Both the position numbers and the translations under genes were made by a program. The notes below the pieces were generated by a model. It made no database searches and was not told the DNA's origin. It saw nothing but the letters and a program-made list of their open reading frames with translations. A DNA stretch of 64,000 nt, taken from assembly GCF_009914755.1 (NCBI RefSeq), contig NC_060926.1; one strand, written 5' to 3'. Shown one piece after another: positions 1-18,530 of the stretch; position 1 is the stretch's first letter; each line of letters starts with the position of its first letter. This stretch comes from the human T2T-CHM13v2.0 reference genome, Homo sapiens.

Positions 1-425
1 TCCCGCCTAATAAATTTTGATCAGACCAGTTGCTCTCAAAACCCTGTCTCCTGATAAGATGTTATCAATGACAATGGTGCCCAAAACTTCATTAGCAATT
101 TTAATTTCGCCCCGGTCCTGTGGTCCTGTGATCTCACCCTGCCTCCATTTGCCTTGTGATATTCTATTACCTTGTAAAGTACATGATCTTTGTGACCGAC
201 ACCCTATTCGTACACTCCCTCCCCTTCTGAAAATCTCTAATAAAAACTTGCTGGTTTTTGCAGCTTGTGGGGCATCACGGAACCTACCAACATGTGATGT
301 CTCTCCCAGACACCCAGCTTTAAAATTTCTCTCTTTTGTACTCTGTCCCCTTATTTCTCAAGCCAGCCAACGCTTAGGGAAAATAGAAAAGAACCTACGT
401 GACTATCGGGGCAGGTTCCCTGATA
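1..425 (+). mobile_element. ERV LTR, MER11-like (HERV-K11/HML-8), 3' part
   Basis: LTR-like sequence with AATAAA at 239 and terminal GGGGCAGGTTCCCTGATA resembling the recalled MER11 end. Confidence 0.75.
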
Positions 426-1770
<1,345 letters not shown>

Positions 1771-1790
1771 CTTCTTAAAAAGTAATTTGA

Positions 1791-2103
<313 letters not shown>

Positions 2104-2669
2104 TTGATAATATTAGGGCACTATTGTTAATTTTTTGATGTGTATTATGGGGTTAAATGTTTTGCCCCTTTTTACGTCATAAATACTAGCAAATTATTAT
2201 ATGAAGATAATTACACTGCTTGATTCCTATATGTATTTTAAAAAATGACTTAATCTGGTTAGACTCAAAGTTATTCTTTCCATTAAAAATGACACTGATA
2301 CAAAAGTGACAAGCTAAGAGAATGTTAATAATTTGCAGGTCTTAAGACCACAAATTTAAGGTCTCTGGACTAGCTTCCTCAAACTATTTGGGATTGGTGG
2401 TTGATAGTGGAAACGTAATAAAGATGCAGAGAAGGCTCATCATAAAATCACATGCTATTTTGGAATTTTCAAGAACAGAATAGTAGCTACTATTACGTGG
2501 CATAATTATAAAAAAATAAATAATAAAAAGGGAGTTCTAAGAACTCTCTTAATTATGTCTCCTGATTCAATATAACAGAATTATATATATAAACACATAT
2601 GTGGAACTAATAGTCATTCTACTTTAATATTCATAACAAAAGTAACTTAAAAATTAGAAGCATTCTTAC

Positions 2670-2763
2670 CTGTTGAGAAAAGAGAATATAACTGTCCTCT
2701 ATAAGCAAGAAGGATATTAGATACGACATAAGCAGGAAGAGCTCCACCATGAAATCTAACTAC
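2670..2763 (-). CDS. PGAP1: PGAP1 exon 20 (94 nt): [31 protein letters not shown]
   Basis: ttttag acceptor, gtaag donor; hydrophobic segment consistent with start of the membrane region. Confidence 0.93.
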
Positions 2764-3034
2764 CTAAAAAACAGGTAAGTCAATGGGCAACTCCTGAATA
2801 TTCATGTTAATAAGTGTACTTTCACATAAAATTTAAAAGTTGCTCTTCAATTTATACCTGACATGGCTACAAAGATATTTCCAGTAATAAGTATCAAAAA
2901 CTCTAAGTAAAATAAATGTTGAAAATACATAGCAAACTCAAAATGTATCTGAATTTTTCATCAAAGGCATAACAGAACATATAATTGAGTAGCATATATG
3001 TCCTGAAAAACTGTTTTTCAGAACACACTGATTA

Positions 3035-3350
3035 TTTAATACGTTCCAGGCACAACAGTAAACACCTTATATGCATTATCTCATGTACTTCTCCCAATAT
3101 CCTTTGAGGTAGTTCTTATCCCTATTCTATAGACAAAGAAATTCAGGCATCAGAGCCCAACTAACTTGTATAATTTAAAACATAATAGGCAAGTTACTTA
3201 GCTTCCCCTCTCTATGTCTTTATCAGTAAATGGGGACAATACTAGTATGTACCTTATAGGTAGTTATTAGGATTAGACATGCATATTTGTGTAAGGCATT
3301 CAGAATATTAACTCATATATAACAAGTTATGAGAAAATGTTAATTGCTTT
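3035..3350. mobile_element. Two MIR fragments (minus then plus)
   Basis: GGCAAGTTACTTA...GTAAATGGGGACAAT core and a reverse MIR-like segment. Confidence 0.6.
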
Positions 3351-3489
3351 ATTAACTTTTTATGTCCTTCACTGTGTTTGAAAATCTTATGGAACTATAA
3401 GTTTTAAAATCAGTGCCTAAGTTCATAATCATTACGTTATAGTGCCTCAAGTCATTCTATCAGCTCTCTATAAAATACATATAATAACA

Positions 3490-5320
<1,831 letters not shown>

Positions 5321-5689
5321 GCCTTAAGTTCTTTTAATGTCACATTATTAAAAGTAAATTTACTTTAAAGCATGTTCTCCATTCCACAGAATTTTTTTAG
5401 AACATGTATAGACTTCTCTGGCAACCTGAGGGAAACTATGGAAGTACAAGCTTACTATAAAAGTTGCAGAAAATTTCAGAAAATTCAGGGTCTCCCTAAA
5501 GTCCCTCCATGAATTCCCAGGTAAAAAGAGAAGAGAAAAAATCAGAAAACGTACAGCCCATACTTGTGACTTATAGTTTACAGCTCTGCATGGAAGGTTG
5601 GGAAAGCTGAGTAAAAGGGAAAAGACCATTTTGCTACCTAATACCAAATCATACATGACAAGCTGGGAAATATACTCTACTTATCGAGA

Positions 5690-5950
5690 GTTAAGCAACA
5701 TAGCAGGCTCAGGAGTCAGACTCCTGGATTTAGATTCCAGCTTTGCCTCTCACTAGCTCTGTGTCCTTGGGCAAGTTATTTTACTCCTCCATTACTTTCC
5801 CTTCTCTCTATATATATCCTCATCTGTAAAATGAGATAAACAGCACTTACCTCACAGGGATGTAAGGCTTAAATATGTTCACACTTGCATAAGGCATTTG
5901 GAATAGTAACTGGTACATGGTAACTGACTGGAAAATATTAGCTGTTATTG
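5690..5950 (+). mobile_element. MIR, near full length
   Basis: GGAGTCAGACT..CCTTGGGCAAGTTA..CCTCATCTGTAAAATG core. Confidence 0.8.
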
Positions 5951-7029
5951 TTACCTTTAATGCCCTTCACTGTGTTTAGAATATTGTAAGAGGTCCCACA
6001 CAGAGCATTCTGAATATAAAATTTCTTTTAATGATAGAGGATCATCGTTATGAGTATTAAATGTTATACTGGGCTACAGATACAGCTGGGTATATAAGAT
6101 ACTACTAAACTTACAATCATAAACTGGCCTCCCTGTCTCATAGTCAAACTGTAGCCGTACTTAGTATTTAGTGCAGTATTTCTTTAAATTTTGACTTACA
6201 TGCCAACATTGAAAAATTAAAATATTTCATCTAAAAATTCAGATTTCTAGGTTCTCTTAAAAGCTGAAGATCTGGCAACACTGGACTTCATTACTGCACA
6301 GAAATGATTTACTAGCGTTTATGGAATTCTCTTGAGAAAGTAACTTTCAGTTCATGCTTTGCCCTCTTTTTCGTAAGAGCAGACTACAGAATATGTGAAT
6401 ATATTTTCCTCTTTCCTTTTTCAGAAAAAAATTTAACTTTATGAAAAGTTATCTATTGAAGGCTGAAGTTTCTCTTTATTTTCTCCAATCTTCTGTGACT
6501 CAATCAGCAACATTCAAAATATGTATTATTTTTTAAAACAAGTAAGATATACAACTTTCATTCATTCTCTTACTACCTACAAGCTACATTTTTAAACAAG
6601 CATGAAGGAAGAACATCTTACGTCTTTTCAATAATTTGAGAATTTAATTCAATTAATACAAATTATTTTTTTAATTTTTTTATAGAACTAAGCTTAAGCT
6701 TCAATAATATAAATTCTTTAATTGACATTTTAAAAAGAATCCACCTTTGATACTGTAACACCTGTACATCCTCAGTCTTTAGAAAGATTTCCACATCAAA
6801 ACAAGAATACTAGGTCTGTCCTCTTTTGGTTTACAATTATGCTTGATTCTAGTGTATCAAGCTGACTTGACTTTTCTTGTTACTAAACTGAATTATGAGA
6901 CACAGGAATTATATGGATAAGAGAATATGTTATATTCCTACCCCAAACCACTGTTTACAGTAATATGCCCTTTCACCATACTAAATATACAATAGTATGA
7001 ATTTGAGAGATTTAACTGGTCCCTTAACA

Positions 7030-7318
7030 TTTTTTTTTGAGATGGAGTCTTGCTCTGTTGCCCAGGCTGGAGTGCAGTGGCGCGATCTCTGCTCACTGCA
7101 AGCTCCACCTCTGGGTTCACGCCATTCTCCTGCCTCAGCCTCCCCAGTAGCTGGGACTACAGGTGCCCGCCACCACGTCCGGCTAATTTTTTGTATTTTT
7201 AATAGAGACGGGGTTTCACCGTGTTAGCCAGGATGGTCTTGGTCTCCTGACCTCGTGATCCATCCACCTCAGCCTCCCAAAGTGCTGGGATTACAGGCGT
7301 GAGCCACCGCACCCGGCC
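7030..7318 (-). mobile_element. AluY-like
   Basis: GCAAGCTCC/TTCACGCCATT diagnostics; TSD AACATTTT. Confidence 0.93.
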
Positions 7319-7937
7319 CAACATTTTATAATATGTACTGTAATTATCCATGATGCTATTTTCCAACTTATACTAAGATTTTAATCTTCCCTTCCTAATT
7401 TAGCACAAAATTTCTATATATTAACTTAGAATTTTATAATGTTCACAAATTAATAATGATCATAATCTAGTTCTCACCAAGTTGCTCTGAGGATTAAATG
7501 AGATAATGCATATACAAAATGTTTCTAATTTAATTTTGCCTTGTGAGTTTTATTACAGTATTAAATGACTTAGAGTTAAAACAAAATTCTACTATGCCTG
7601 CATTGCAAAATACAACAGACCAAAAAAAAGTGAAAGGAATAAAGCTATAATACAAATTTGACTGAATATTAAAACTATATAACTTCTCTAACTAATCAAT
7701 TGTTATCTTATTTATGTCCAGGTTGCACAATTGTGCAAATTATAGTGATGCTAAGTAATAGCTATAGTTCTACTGCTTTATGCAGCATTTTTGTAATATT
7801 ATTTGCTAATGAATTCAACACATTTATCTTTAATAGAATTTATGTTTACCTTTTACAAACTGAGCATGCACAATATAAAAAGTTATTTGAAAACATTCAT
7901 TTATATGGCAGAGCCTACATATTTTATTGTACTATGA

Positions 7938-8275
<338 letters not shown>

Positions 8276-8376
8276 AAACCATGAAATTCATTTAGGCAAA
8301 AATATTAATTTGTTTGAGAATCAGGTATCAGCTCTCATTTTTTGGATGTATCAAACATGAAAGAATCACCTTAAAG

Positions 8377-8568
8377 CAGGGGTGGGCAAATATGGTCTGT
8401 GGGCCAAGAATAATTTTTGGATTTTATTCAAGTGTAAGAAGAATGAAAAAGAAAAAAGGAAGAAGACAGAAGCAACTACAGCAGTGGCAGTAGCAAAAGA
8501 TACTGTATGTGGTCTGCAAAAAATTATTGATTATCCAGCCCCTTATGGAAAAAGTCTACAACCCTTCC
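8377..8568. mobile_element. hAT-Charlie DNA transposon remnant (MER58-like)
   Basis: CAGGGGTGGGCAAA...GAAAAAGTCTACAACCCTT degenerate terminal inverted repeats. Confidence 0.6.
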
Positions 8569-8625
8569 TTAGAGTTATCTATTCATAAAGCAGTAAATAA
8601 TCAACCAGCCAGGAATCTCTCTTAC

Positions 8626-8664
8626 CTGTCCAAGTATTTGTGAAAAGGAAGTCTTAACTGTCAC
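8626..8664 (-). CDS. PGAP1: PGAP1 exon 19 (39 nt): VTVKTSFSQILGQ
   Basis: actag acceptor, gtaag donor; phase 0-0. Confidence 0.9.
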
Positions 8665-10125
8665 CTAGTTTAAAACAATTATTGAAAAAAAAGGTTATTT
8701 TCCTCTAAACTCCTTTACATTTTATTAAATTGAGCACTTATGCATATCTCTAAGCATAATAATTGATTTTCTATAATGGTAAACCTTAAAGGCACTCAAG
8801 ATCTTAAAGAATCTTTTGAACCACCATGCAAATTGCATTAAAGTAGAGTGTTACTGTTTAGTATACTTTCCCACATATCTAATTATTTGACAGCTGAGTG
8901 AATGCTATTTTGCTCCTTTACTACCTAAAATATTTAATTAAGTAGAATATCTTATTACCATATCATGCCAGCTAAAGAAATTTAAGCCAAAATAATATTT
9001 TAAAAAGAAATTCATCCTTAATTATCTCTACCATAAATACAACTTTTTGATAATTAGGAAGTCTATTTGATATTAGAAAGGAGATAAACATTTTTAGGGA
9101 AGTTTAAAATGATTTTGTCAAAATATGGACTTCTTGAAGATATGCAGTATTTGTAAAAAAAATGGACATTTTGAGAGCATGCAGTAGTTGGAGTCAAATT
9201 TTTATCACAATTTTTTGTATTGCTTTAATATTATAAATATGAACATGCAAATTAAAAACTACTATGGCCCTGCAAAACCCTGAACTGTTAGAAACAGGAT
9301 GCAAGATATCAAAGCAATAATAAATTCCATGAAATCTAAATTAATTCATAATATAAGTTCAACTGAAACTTGGCTGGAGGAACAGATTCTATTAATTTGA
9401 CAAAATCAATCCTAGTTTATCCTTGAAAAGTTAGTTCTAACAAAGAATCCAAACATTTAAGCTTGGTTTAAAGCAGTTGAGCAGAAATAAAATATTTCAC
9501 ATAAACCAGAAGCCTATGTTGTCATAACCACTGAAATGAGTACTTTAACCACTTAAATCTGGAATCTAGGGGCTCTTCATTCATGAATCCATAAGTAACT
9601 AAAATGTTACTCTCAAGTCTATCCCCCTTAACACAAAGAGATGTACTTTGATTACAAAATAAACACAATAGGTATGAAATCACACATTTTAATGACTAGC
9701 AGAGCTTAAAATAATTAGTGAAAAGGAAAGAAGATCCTTAAGCTAACAACCAGTAGAGCTATACACCATTAAGTATCATGTCAGTTACTGCAGTAAGCCC
9801 ATGTCAGCTGACCTCATGATGTTCTTCAATTTATAAAAAAGATTCTGGACTTGGGGCTTCCAAATTTAGAAGGTTAATCTACAGTCTCATTTTTTTGCTT
9901 TATCTTCTATTACTTATTAAGATGTATACATTTGCAAATGGCCCAGCTATGGAGATGCTAAGGTGGTGTTAATAGGAAAAATGAAGAATATTTAAAATAT
10001 TTTAAATGCCTATTTTTTATATGCATTGGCTTCCATGCCACCATATATCTGAAGCTTATATAAAAAGAACATTTCTAGCTTATTCTACAACTAAATCTTA
10101 AAAATTAATCAAACATACAACTTAC

Positions 10126-10234
10126 CTCGTACCGACAGTCTGATGACGTGTACATTTTAAATAATGCCACATGGGTATTGTTTTCTGGTTGAGCAATATG
10201 GAGTTTCAGAGAAATTTCTGTGGAAGATGGAGCC
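10126..10234 (-). CDS. PGAP1: PGAP1 exon 18 (109 nt): [36 protein letters not shown]
   Basis: ttcag acceptor, gtaag donor; frame continuous. Confidence 0.93.
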
Positions 10235-10644
10235 CTGAAGAGATAACTTAAATATCAATTCTCAAATACAAAATGCTGGTAAAGAGCCATGGCTAAGTTA
10301 ATCCTCAGCACAATACAACTGAATAATGTAGAGGAAGCTAGGTGCCAGACACATAATTGTGGATGGGCACTTTTTCAATGATATCACAATTGTTTGAATG
10401 CTCCCTCTAGGACACAGGAGTTGCGAGAGGGTGGAAGGGGGTTCAGGTTCCAAGGAAGTAAAGTTTAAGTTCTCTATCATTTCATAAGAATACTATATAT
10501 TAAATTATAGGAACAATGCTACATAAAGGATACATACATTTTACTGAGGCATTTTAATAATTCATGATTTAAATAAATAAACTAAGCAGAATATCTATTA
10601 TTCAAAAACACCAAAGTTTAAAGTAAATTCTTTCAAATACTTAC

Positions 10645-10711
10645 TGTGCAATGGTTAGTGAATCTTCATAAGACCAAGGAATATGAAGTCTATAGATACT
10701 GGTTATTTCTT
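10645..10711 (-). CDS. PGAP1: PGAP1 exon 17 (67 nt): [23 protein letters not shown]
   Basis: aacag acceptor, gtaag donor; frame continuous. Confidence 0.92.
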
Positions 10712-11212
10712 CTGTTAAAACATTTAAAAAATGTATTATTAACAACATGTTACCCTAAATGTTACATAAACTACTATAATATCTAACTAATTACACAATT
10801 GTCCATTTCATTAAAAAAATCAGTACAGGTTATATTACATGATAAAAAATTATGGCGAATTCCTAAATAATAATGCTTTAATTAGATTTATAATAGATAT
10901 TACAGCAGATAGCCAGTATTAAGAAAGTGGAAAAATACTAAATAACTAAATCTGAATTACCACTATAAGACATAAAGATATATGGCATTTTTAAAATGTG
11001 GATATTTAAACTGAAACAGATAAAAATGCTTTACTGTTAAGAAAGGGTCTATGTTAAATCCCCTGGAAATATAAACAACCTGTTATAAATTTAATTTTAC
11101 TTCACATAAAAATATATGGAAGAATAAGTATTATAGAAAATTTGAGTTAACACCTATTGAGTCTTCAAATGACAATATTATTTTCTATACATTTTTTAGA
11201 AAACATATTTAC

Positions 11213-11264
11213 CTTTGACTGCTGAGCACTTGCTTACCACGTTGATTTTAAAAGCTTGGTATAT
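11213..11264 (-). CDS. PGAP1: PGAP1 exon 16 (52 nt): IYQAFKINVVSKCSAVK
   Basis: attag acceptor, gtaaa donor; preceded by a 105-nt intron. Confidence 0.92.
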
Positions 11265-11369
11265 CTAATAGAGTTTGACCACAAAAACAAAATATAAAGG
11301 TTTACTTGTATGTTAAAGTAAACATTAAAGTAAAATCAAATCCTTTTTCTTGTAGTCAGGATTAATTAC

Positions 11370-11443
11370 CTGTCCAAAGTTCAGAAGCTCTAGATTGTAG
11401 TATAGGCCATTTGTATTTAACACCACTTTCCTTGAAGACAATC
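11370..11443 (-). CDS. PGAP1: PGAP1 exon 15 (74 nt): [25 protein letters not shown]
   Basis: aacag acceptor, gtaat donor; frame continuous. Confidence 0.92.
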
Positions 11444-11859
11444 CTGTTGAATTCAAAGTACTGTATTACTTAGAATATCAAGGAAGTTTTTAAAAACATA
11501 CTGATTATTTAATTAGCATTAAGACAATGCCAATAATTAAAAATTTATTTACAGGTTTTCACTTCTGTATGGAGTTAACTCCTAAAAATCTAATCTCCCA
11601 GCAATAAACTCTAGACAAAATAAATTTTATTACTTCCAATCACATCTATCTGCTTTTAAAAAAGTCAGGTATATAATTCCAATTTCAGAAAGGTGTACTT
11701 TCTTGGTAGATCTTTTATTTTACAAGCTTCTTATCTTCAATGATATGGGTGATTCAGAATTGTCATTTCTGTATTGTTCTGGGTAGTTTTGTACCAAAAC
11801 AAAGGGTAGGGGGAAAAATAAAAATCCTAAAGTTTTGCCAAGTAACACAGATTCTTTTC

Positions 11860-13088
<1,229 letters not shown>

Positions 13089-13430
13089 GAATATTTAGAG
13101 AAATCTTGAAACCTTCTTATACAAATAATTTATAACTCTATATTAAAATTGTATTAATAAGGGCCAATAGGATAAATTTCACATAAGAACAGACACACAG
13201 ACACATAGATACACACACGCAATTACCTGCATATGTATGTGATTATGGAAGTTCACTTCTCAGAATATGACTGCTAGCCCAATGAGAATAAAACCACTGA
13301 ACCACATCATATAGTTATTCTAAGAACTATACTTGAAATATTCAACATTTGATATTACAAAGCTCTGCTTTACTGCAACTCTGTTAAAAATAAAAGCAAT
13401 TCTTATGCTTTCCAAAAACAAAGTACTTAC

Positions 13431-13506
13431 CAAAGGAAAAAAGATGAGTTACAGGAAGCTGTATGTATCTTTTCTCTTTTTTAAAGAATTCACAATCTAC
13501 AACAAA
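13431..13506 (-). CDS. PGAP1: PGAP1 exon 14 (76 nt): [25 protein letters not shown]
   Basis: ttcag acceptor, gtaag donor; inside ORF 13384..13626. Confidence 0.93.
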
Positions 13507-15839
13507 CTGAAATATAAAACATTGATTTATTAGAAAAAGTAAGTTAAATTTACAGTAAAGTATCTTTACTTGATGTTTGAGTGGAAAATAAAAGTCTATA
13601 AACCTCAGCTTTGGAGAAAGTATCATCTATTACACTATAATTCTGCCTATACTTAAGTGGCAAGAATTTCTCAAGGAGAGATACTATGCTGAGAAAACTT
13701 GATATACAAGCCTAACTTAATAGATAAATTATTCGAGGGCCATTTCTAGAACAACAGATTCATAGCAGTTTTTTTATAGTTAGCTTTAGGTGTTTGCATA
13801 AGAAGGACAGTAAAGGATGGATGAAAGTATTATCAGCCTAGGCTAATTCAAGATTAGTTAAAGATTTAGATACTATGTCTCTTAATACTTTCATAGTCAA
13901 AAGGAAAATGTGATTTTGTTTTATATCTTTTTGAAAAATCCTCTATTTATTAAAGATAGTCTAATTAGACTATAAAAGCCTGCTGGAGAAATACTGCCAT
14001 TCATTGACACATGGCTAATGTTATTTGTGGAACACTATTTCAGGTTAAACAGTTATCACAGTAAGTGGAAAAAAGGTTTACTATGTATGAAGCCAGAAAA
14101 AGAAATGCTTTTCAAAAAAGTAAAACTATAATGTGACACTTGCATCATTATAATTTTTTGTAGTGACATTTCTTTTTAAATAACATTTCTATTAACTGCA
14201 TAAGAAACTCTGCTCTCACTTATCTGCAAGAACTGTTTCTGGTAAAGGAATAATTTCATTAAAATAATCTCTACAATGCAATCATATTATTTTGATCTAC
14301 GGAAGCTAAAGAAAAATTAATCTGATGCATAACTGTAGCTAGCAAGTAGTTTGCTGTCTACAAAAGTGGAAAGCTAGTGGGGTCTATCCTAGGCTTTTCT
14401 AATAACTATACTTTGGATTTGTCTGAAGCAGTGTTACTTTGTTTGCCTCTTGGGTAGATTTTTGATTGTTTTCAAAAGTGAAAAACAGACAGGGAAATTG
14501 CTATTAGATTAATCCATACACTTGGGGGAATAAAAGAAAAAACTTTTAAGGGGTTTTGCTTTATTTCTCCCTCCTTACAAGGCAAAGAACACAGTCAGAT
14601 ATTTTCATTATAGAAAACAGCTGCTAAAAGATTATAGCAATCATTTATTGAACAGGATTACTCATTACATTTTTTACAAAGTACTTTTGGATAAGCCTAT
14701 ATCAGACAGGGAAGCAGTTTTTAAAAGCAATTTCATTACTTTGAACAAGTTTAAAATAATACAATTTTTATTATTGCTTTAAAAATTTGGCTATGCCTTT
14801 AGTTTTGCATAATGACAAAAACCCTACCCAAGAAAGAGAAAATTCAAAGGCCTGTCTCTGAAACACCCACGATAAGTAAATTTCTAATGGGTTTAATTAT
14901 TTTGTTTTCTGTTACAAAAAAATGCAGATAAATTCCATATTTGCATTTCTAAAAATATACTGACAGAAGTTGACTCAAAAATGTTTTACACTATTTGAAT
15001 ATATGTCATGTTCTGATGATGAGCTATACATAGACATGCAAAAATTATGAAAGACTTAAGTTATAATTCTAGTGAGATGGGGTTGTACAACAGTAGAGTC
15101 AGCAGTGTTACTTTCCAAAGAGCATTAAGATGCATTACATATTTATTAGGCTGCTAAGACTGTCTATTTGCAGAAAGACTCATCAATTTCTTGGAATAAC
15201 CAGAGAGGGCCTTTTCAAGTTTGAGAAAAATGTTAGATTCATTCAAAACCAGCTTACCTGCCAGAAAAACCCTTTAAGAGAGGTTTTAGTATTGCAGATG
15301 CTGAATTACCTCTTACTTGAGCTAAGCAAAACAGAACAATGAATCCATTATAAGGTACTTGTGAGATTTAGTCATTGAGATGACTCCCAACTACATCCCC
15401 CTTTTCCTTTCTCTATTTCTCCTACATTTTTCTGATTATTTTGGCTACAAATCTTATGAACCTTCTCAGTCAATAAACATTTTCTTGAGCATTTATGCAG
15501 TAGTCACTGAAGGTTGAGGATGCAAAGTAGAATAAAACCTATCTGTTCATTACTCTTAAAGAGTTCACAATGTGGTCATGGCAACTGAGACATAAATAAA
15601 TTATAATTCAATATAATAAATTTTTCAAAGAAGTTATAAAGTATCATGAGAATAAGTAAAAGATTACTGGGGGACTCTGGAAAAGGGAAAAAGGGACATG
15701 GGTTGGATCTTGAAGAGTAAGTTTGCTGGGTGAAATAGGAAAAGGGGAGTCCAAAGGGCCCTTTACCTCCATTTTCTTTCTTACCCACTAATTCTATCAA
15801 AATCACCATTCTTTTCTTTCTATTCCCACTTCCCTAGTA

Positions 15840-16226
15840 CAAGCTGAGGATCCCTTATCCAAAATGCATGGAACTAGAAGTGTTTGATTTTTTTCAGATT
15901 TTGGAATATTTGCCTATACATAATGACATATCTTGGGGATGGAACCCAAGTCTAAACACAAAACTCATTTATGTTTCATACATATCTTACACACTTAGTC
16001 TTAAGGTAATTTTTATATTTTTAATAACTTTGTGCATGAAACAAAATTTTGACTGTTTTGACTACATCTCACCACATGAGGTCAGGGGTTGAATTTTCCA
16101 ATTGTGGTGTCAGGTTGGCACTCAAAAAGTTTTAGATGGCGCGTCCTCATTATTATAGCAATGAGTATCCCCACCTGTCAGAAAGTTTTTAGAGTTTGGA
16201 TTTTTGGATTAAGGGTGCTCAGTCTG
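15840..16226. mobile_element. TcMar-Tigger element (Tigger4/MER46-like)
   Basis: TA-flanked TIRs CAAGCTGAGGATCCCTTATCC / GGATTAAGGGTGCTCAGTCTG. Confidence 0.75.
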
Positions 16227-16540
16227 TACAAACCCCTTATGAGGTACCTAGTCTGTTTCTGATCTATTCTACAGCATAAGGAGATTAATCTTCCCAAATA
16301 AATGATTTCTGATACCATTACTACTATAGTTAAAAATCTTATGGCTTCCTACTGACTTCTGAATTCCATAAAGTCCTGAATCCTCCAATCAAAACTTTCA
16401 CAATATGGCCATGAACTAATTTTCCAGACTTTTCCTCCACTACTATTCAAACCCATTGTGGCCATCCTTTCAAAATTATTATTTACTTATTCACTGTTTT
16501 TCAAATATACTTCATGCTTTGCTCTGTTGCTTTGTCTAAA

Positions 16541-16690
16541 CAGTGCTGTCCATTATAACTCCTGGCAATGATGTCACTATTGAGCATCTGGAATGTGACT
16601 AGGACAATTAGGGAACAGAATTTTTTATTTTATATTAACTTAAATTGAAATAACCACATGTGCTAGTGATTCCTGTATTGACAGCATGGC
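16541..16690. mobile_element. hAT-Charlie remnant (MER3-like)
   Basis: CAGTGCTGTCCA...CACATGTGCTAGTG...TTGACAGCATG termini. Confidence 0.6.
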
Positions 16691-16740
16691 TCTACAATGT
16701 TCATTCTTCCTATAAAAATCCTAACTACCCATTAAGGCCA

Positions 16741-16922
16741 TTTTGTTTTATTTTATTTCATTTTAAAAGTGGGGTCTCATTATGTTGACCGGGCTGCAGT
16801 ACAGTGGCTATTCACAGGCATAATCATAGCATACTACAACCTCTACCTCCTGGGTTCAAATGATTCTCCTGCTTCAACTTCCCAAGTAGCTGGGATTACA
16901 GGTACTTGCCACCATGCCTACT
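16741..16922 (-). mobile_element. FAM (fossil Alu monomer)
   Basis: Monomer retaining the 7SL-derived GTGGCTATTCACAGGC segment; flanking GCCATTTT repeats. Confidence 0.75.
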
Positions 16923-17081
16923 TGAAAGCCATTTTAAATATCACCTTATTATAATGCCATTCTTTTTATGTACTTGCTATATTCTGATTTGTGTTATGTG
17001 TATTTGGGTAGTTCTTTTTCCACTCTTCCCTCTGCTCCAGTTACATTTCTCTCCCCCTTCCCAATAGTATGTAGCTTTTTA

Positions 17082-17402
<321 letters not shown>

Positions 17403-17762
17403 TCATGTCTTCATTTGTGTGCCTCCTATAATTCCTGGTACATAGCCTTATACTTAAAGGGTACCTAATAATTCATAGGTTTTGCACCTATGAATTATTA
17501 TTATGTGCCTAATAATTCATAGATTTTGAAAGACTGATTGATAAACTGGAACCAGTTCTCACTTGGAACAAAGAAACTTGGGTTCATTCTGCTTAGTTCA
17601 AGTTAGAGTAGATGATCCTAATAATTTAACAGTCTTAGGTGGATCATCAAACTGGCTACTGTTTTAGATAAACTGTGTGCAGAAAAACTCATTGAAAAAG
17701 AACTGTAAAATTTAGCATGTGTCTCCAAAACATTCTAATAACAATCTTAACCCACTTGTTAC

Positions 17763-17840
17763 CTTACTTCCACGAACAGATGGTACATAAACAACAAGAT
17801 GAGACAAAGATGGATAGTCTTGAAGTCTTAATGTCAGATA
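17763..17840 (-). CDS. PGAP1: PGAP1 exon 13 (78 nt): [26 protein letters not shown]
   Basis: Poly-T plus ttag acceptor, gtaac donor; phase 0-0. Confidence 0.93.
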
Positions 17841-18530
17841 CTAAAATAAAAAAAAAAAGAAACTACTTTTATTTCTTAGAGATTAATGCATGTTTAAAGA
17901 AAAATAAATAACACTTATTTCTTACTTAATTCGTTATCTTAAAAAGCAGGCTTCCAATTTATGTTCAGTACTTCATAAAATGCCCATGTTTACATTTCCA
18001 GGTCAATAATCCTGTTGAAAATCAAGTTCCTAATAATTATTATGTTAAATAGGAACTGCCAAAAATATTCTTTGGATCCCTTCACATAAAACAAATGACA
18101 TTTAACATTAAATTTAATTATTATCTATAATTATTTCCAAATTTGGTGTCTTTCTTTTTATAATTTGGTTATTTGTTACATATAGTATCACAGTATTGTT
18201 TCTACATTTATTTTGGTAGTATATAACACAAAACATTCAATAGCTGATGAATGAATAAATGCTAAATATAATGAAAGAGTTACAATTTAATCTCAAATTA
18301 TTTTGATCTAGCCCAAGTAGTAAAGAGTTGCTGTCTAATGGCATATCTGCACATCATCCCCTGGAATTTATTTAGCAAATGATAAAGACAAGTATGTCTA
18401 AATAATGCACCTCACCAAATGAGTAATTATTTATTTCTCAAAATTAAGACCAGTCCTATAGTCCATATTTTGAGGAATGAATTGGTAGAAGACTGCTCTA
18501 TTTAATGAAAAGCCAAGGCACCAAATACAG

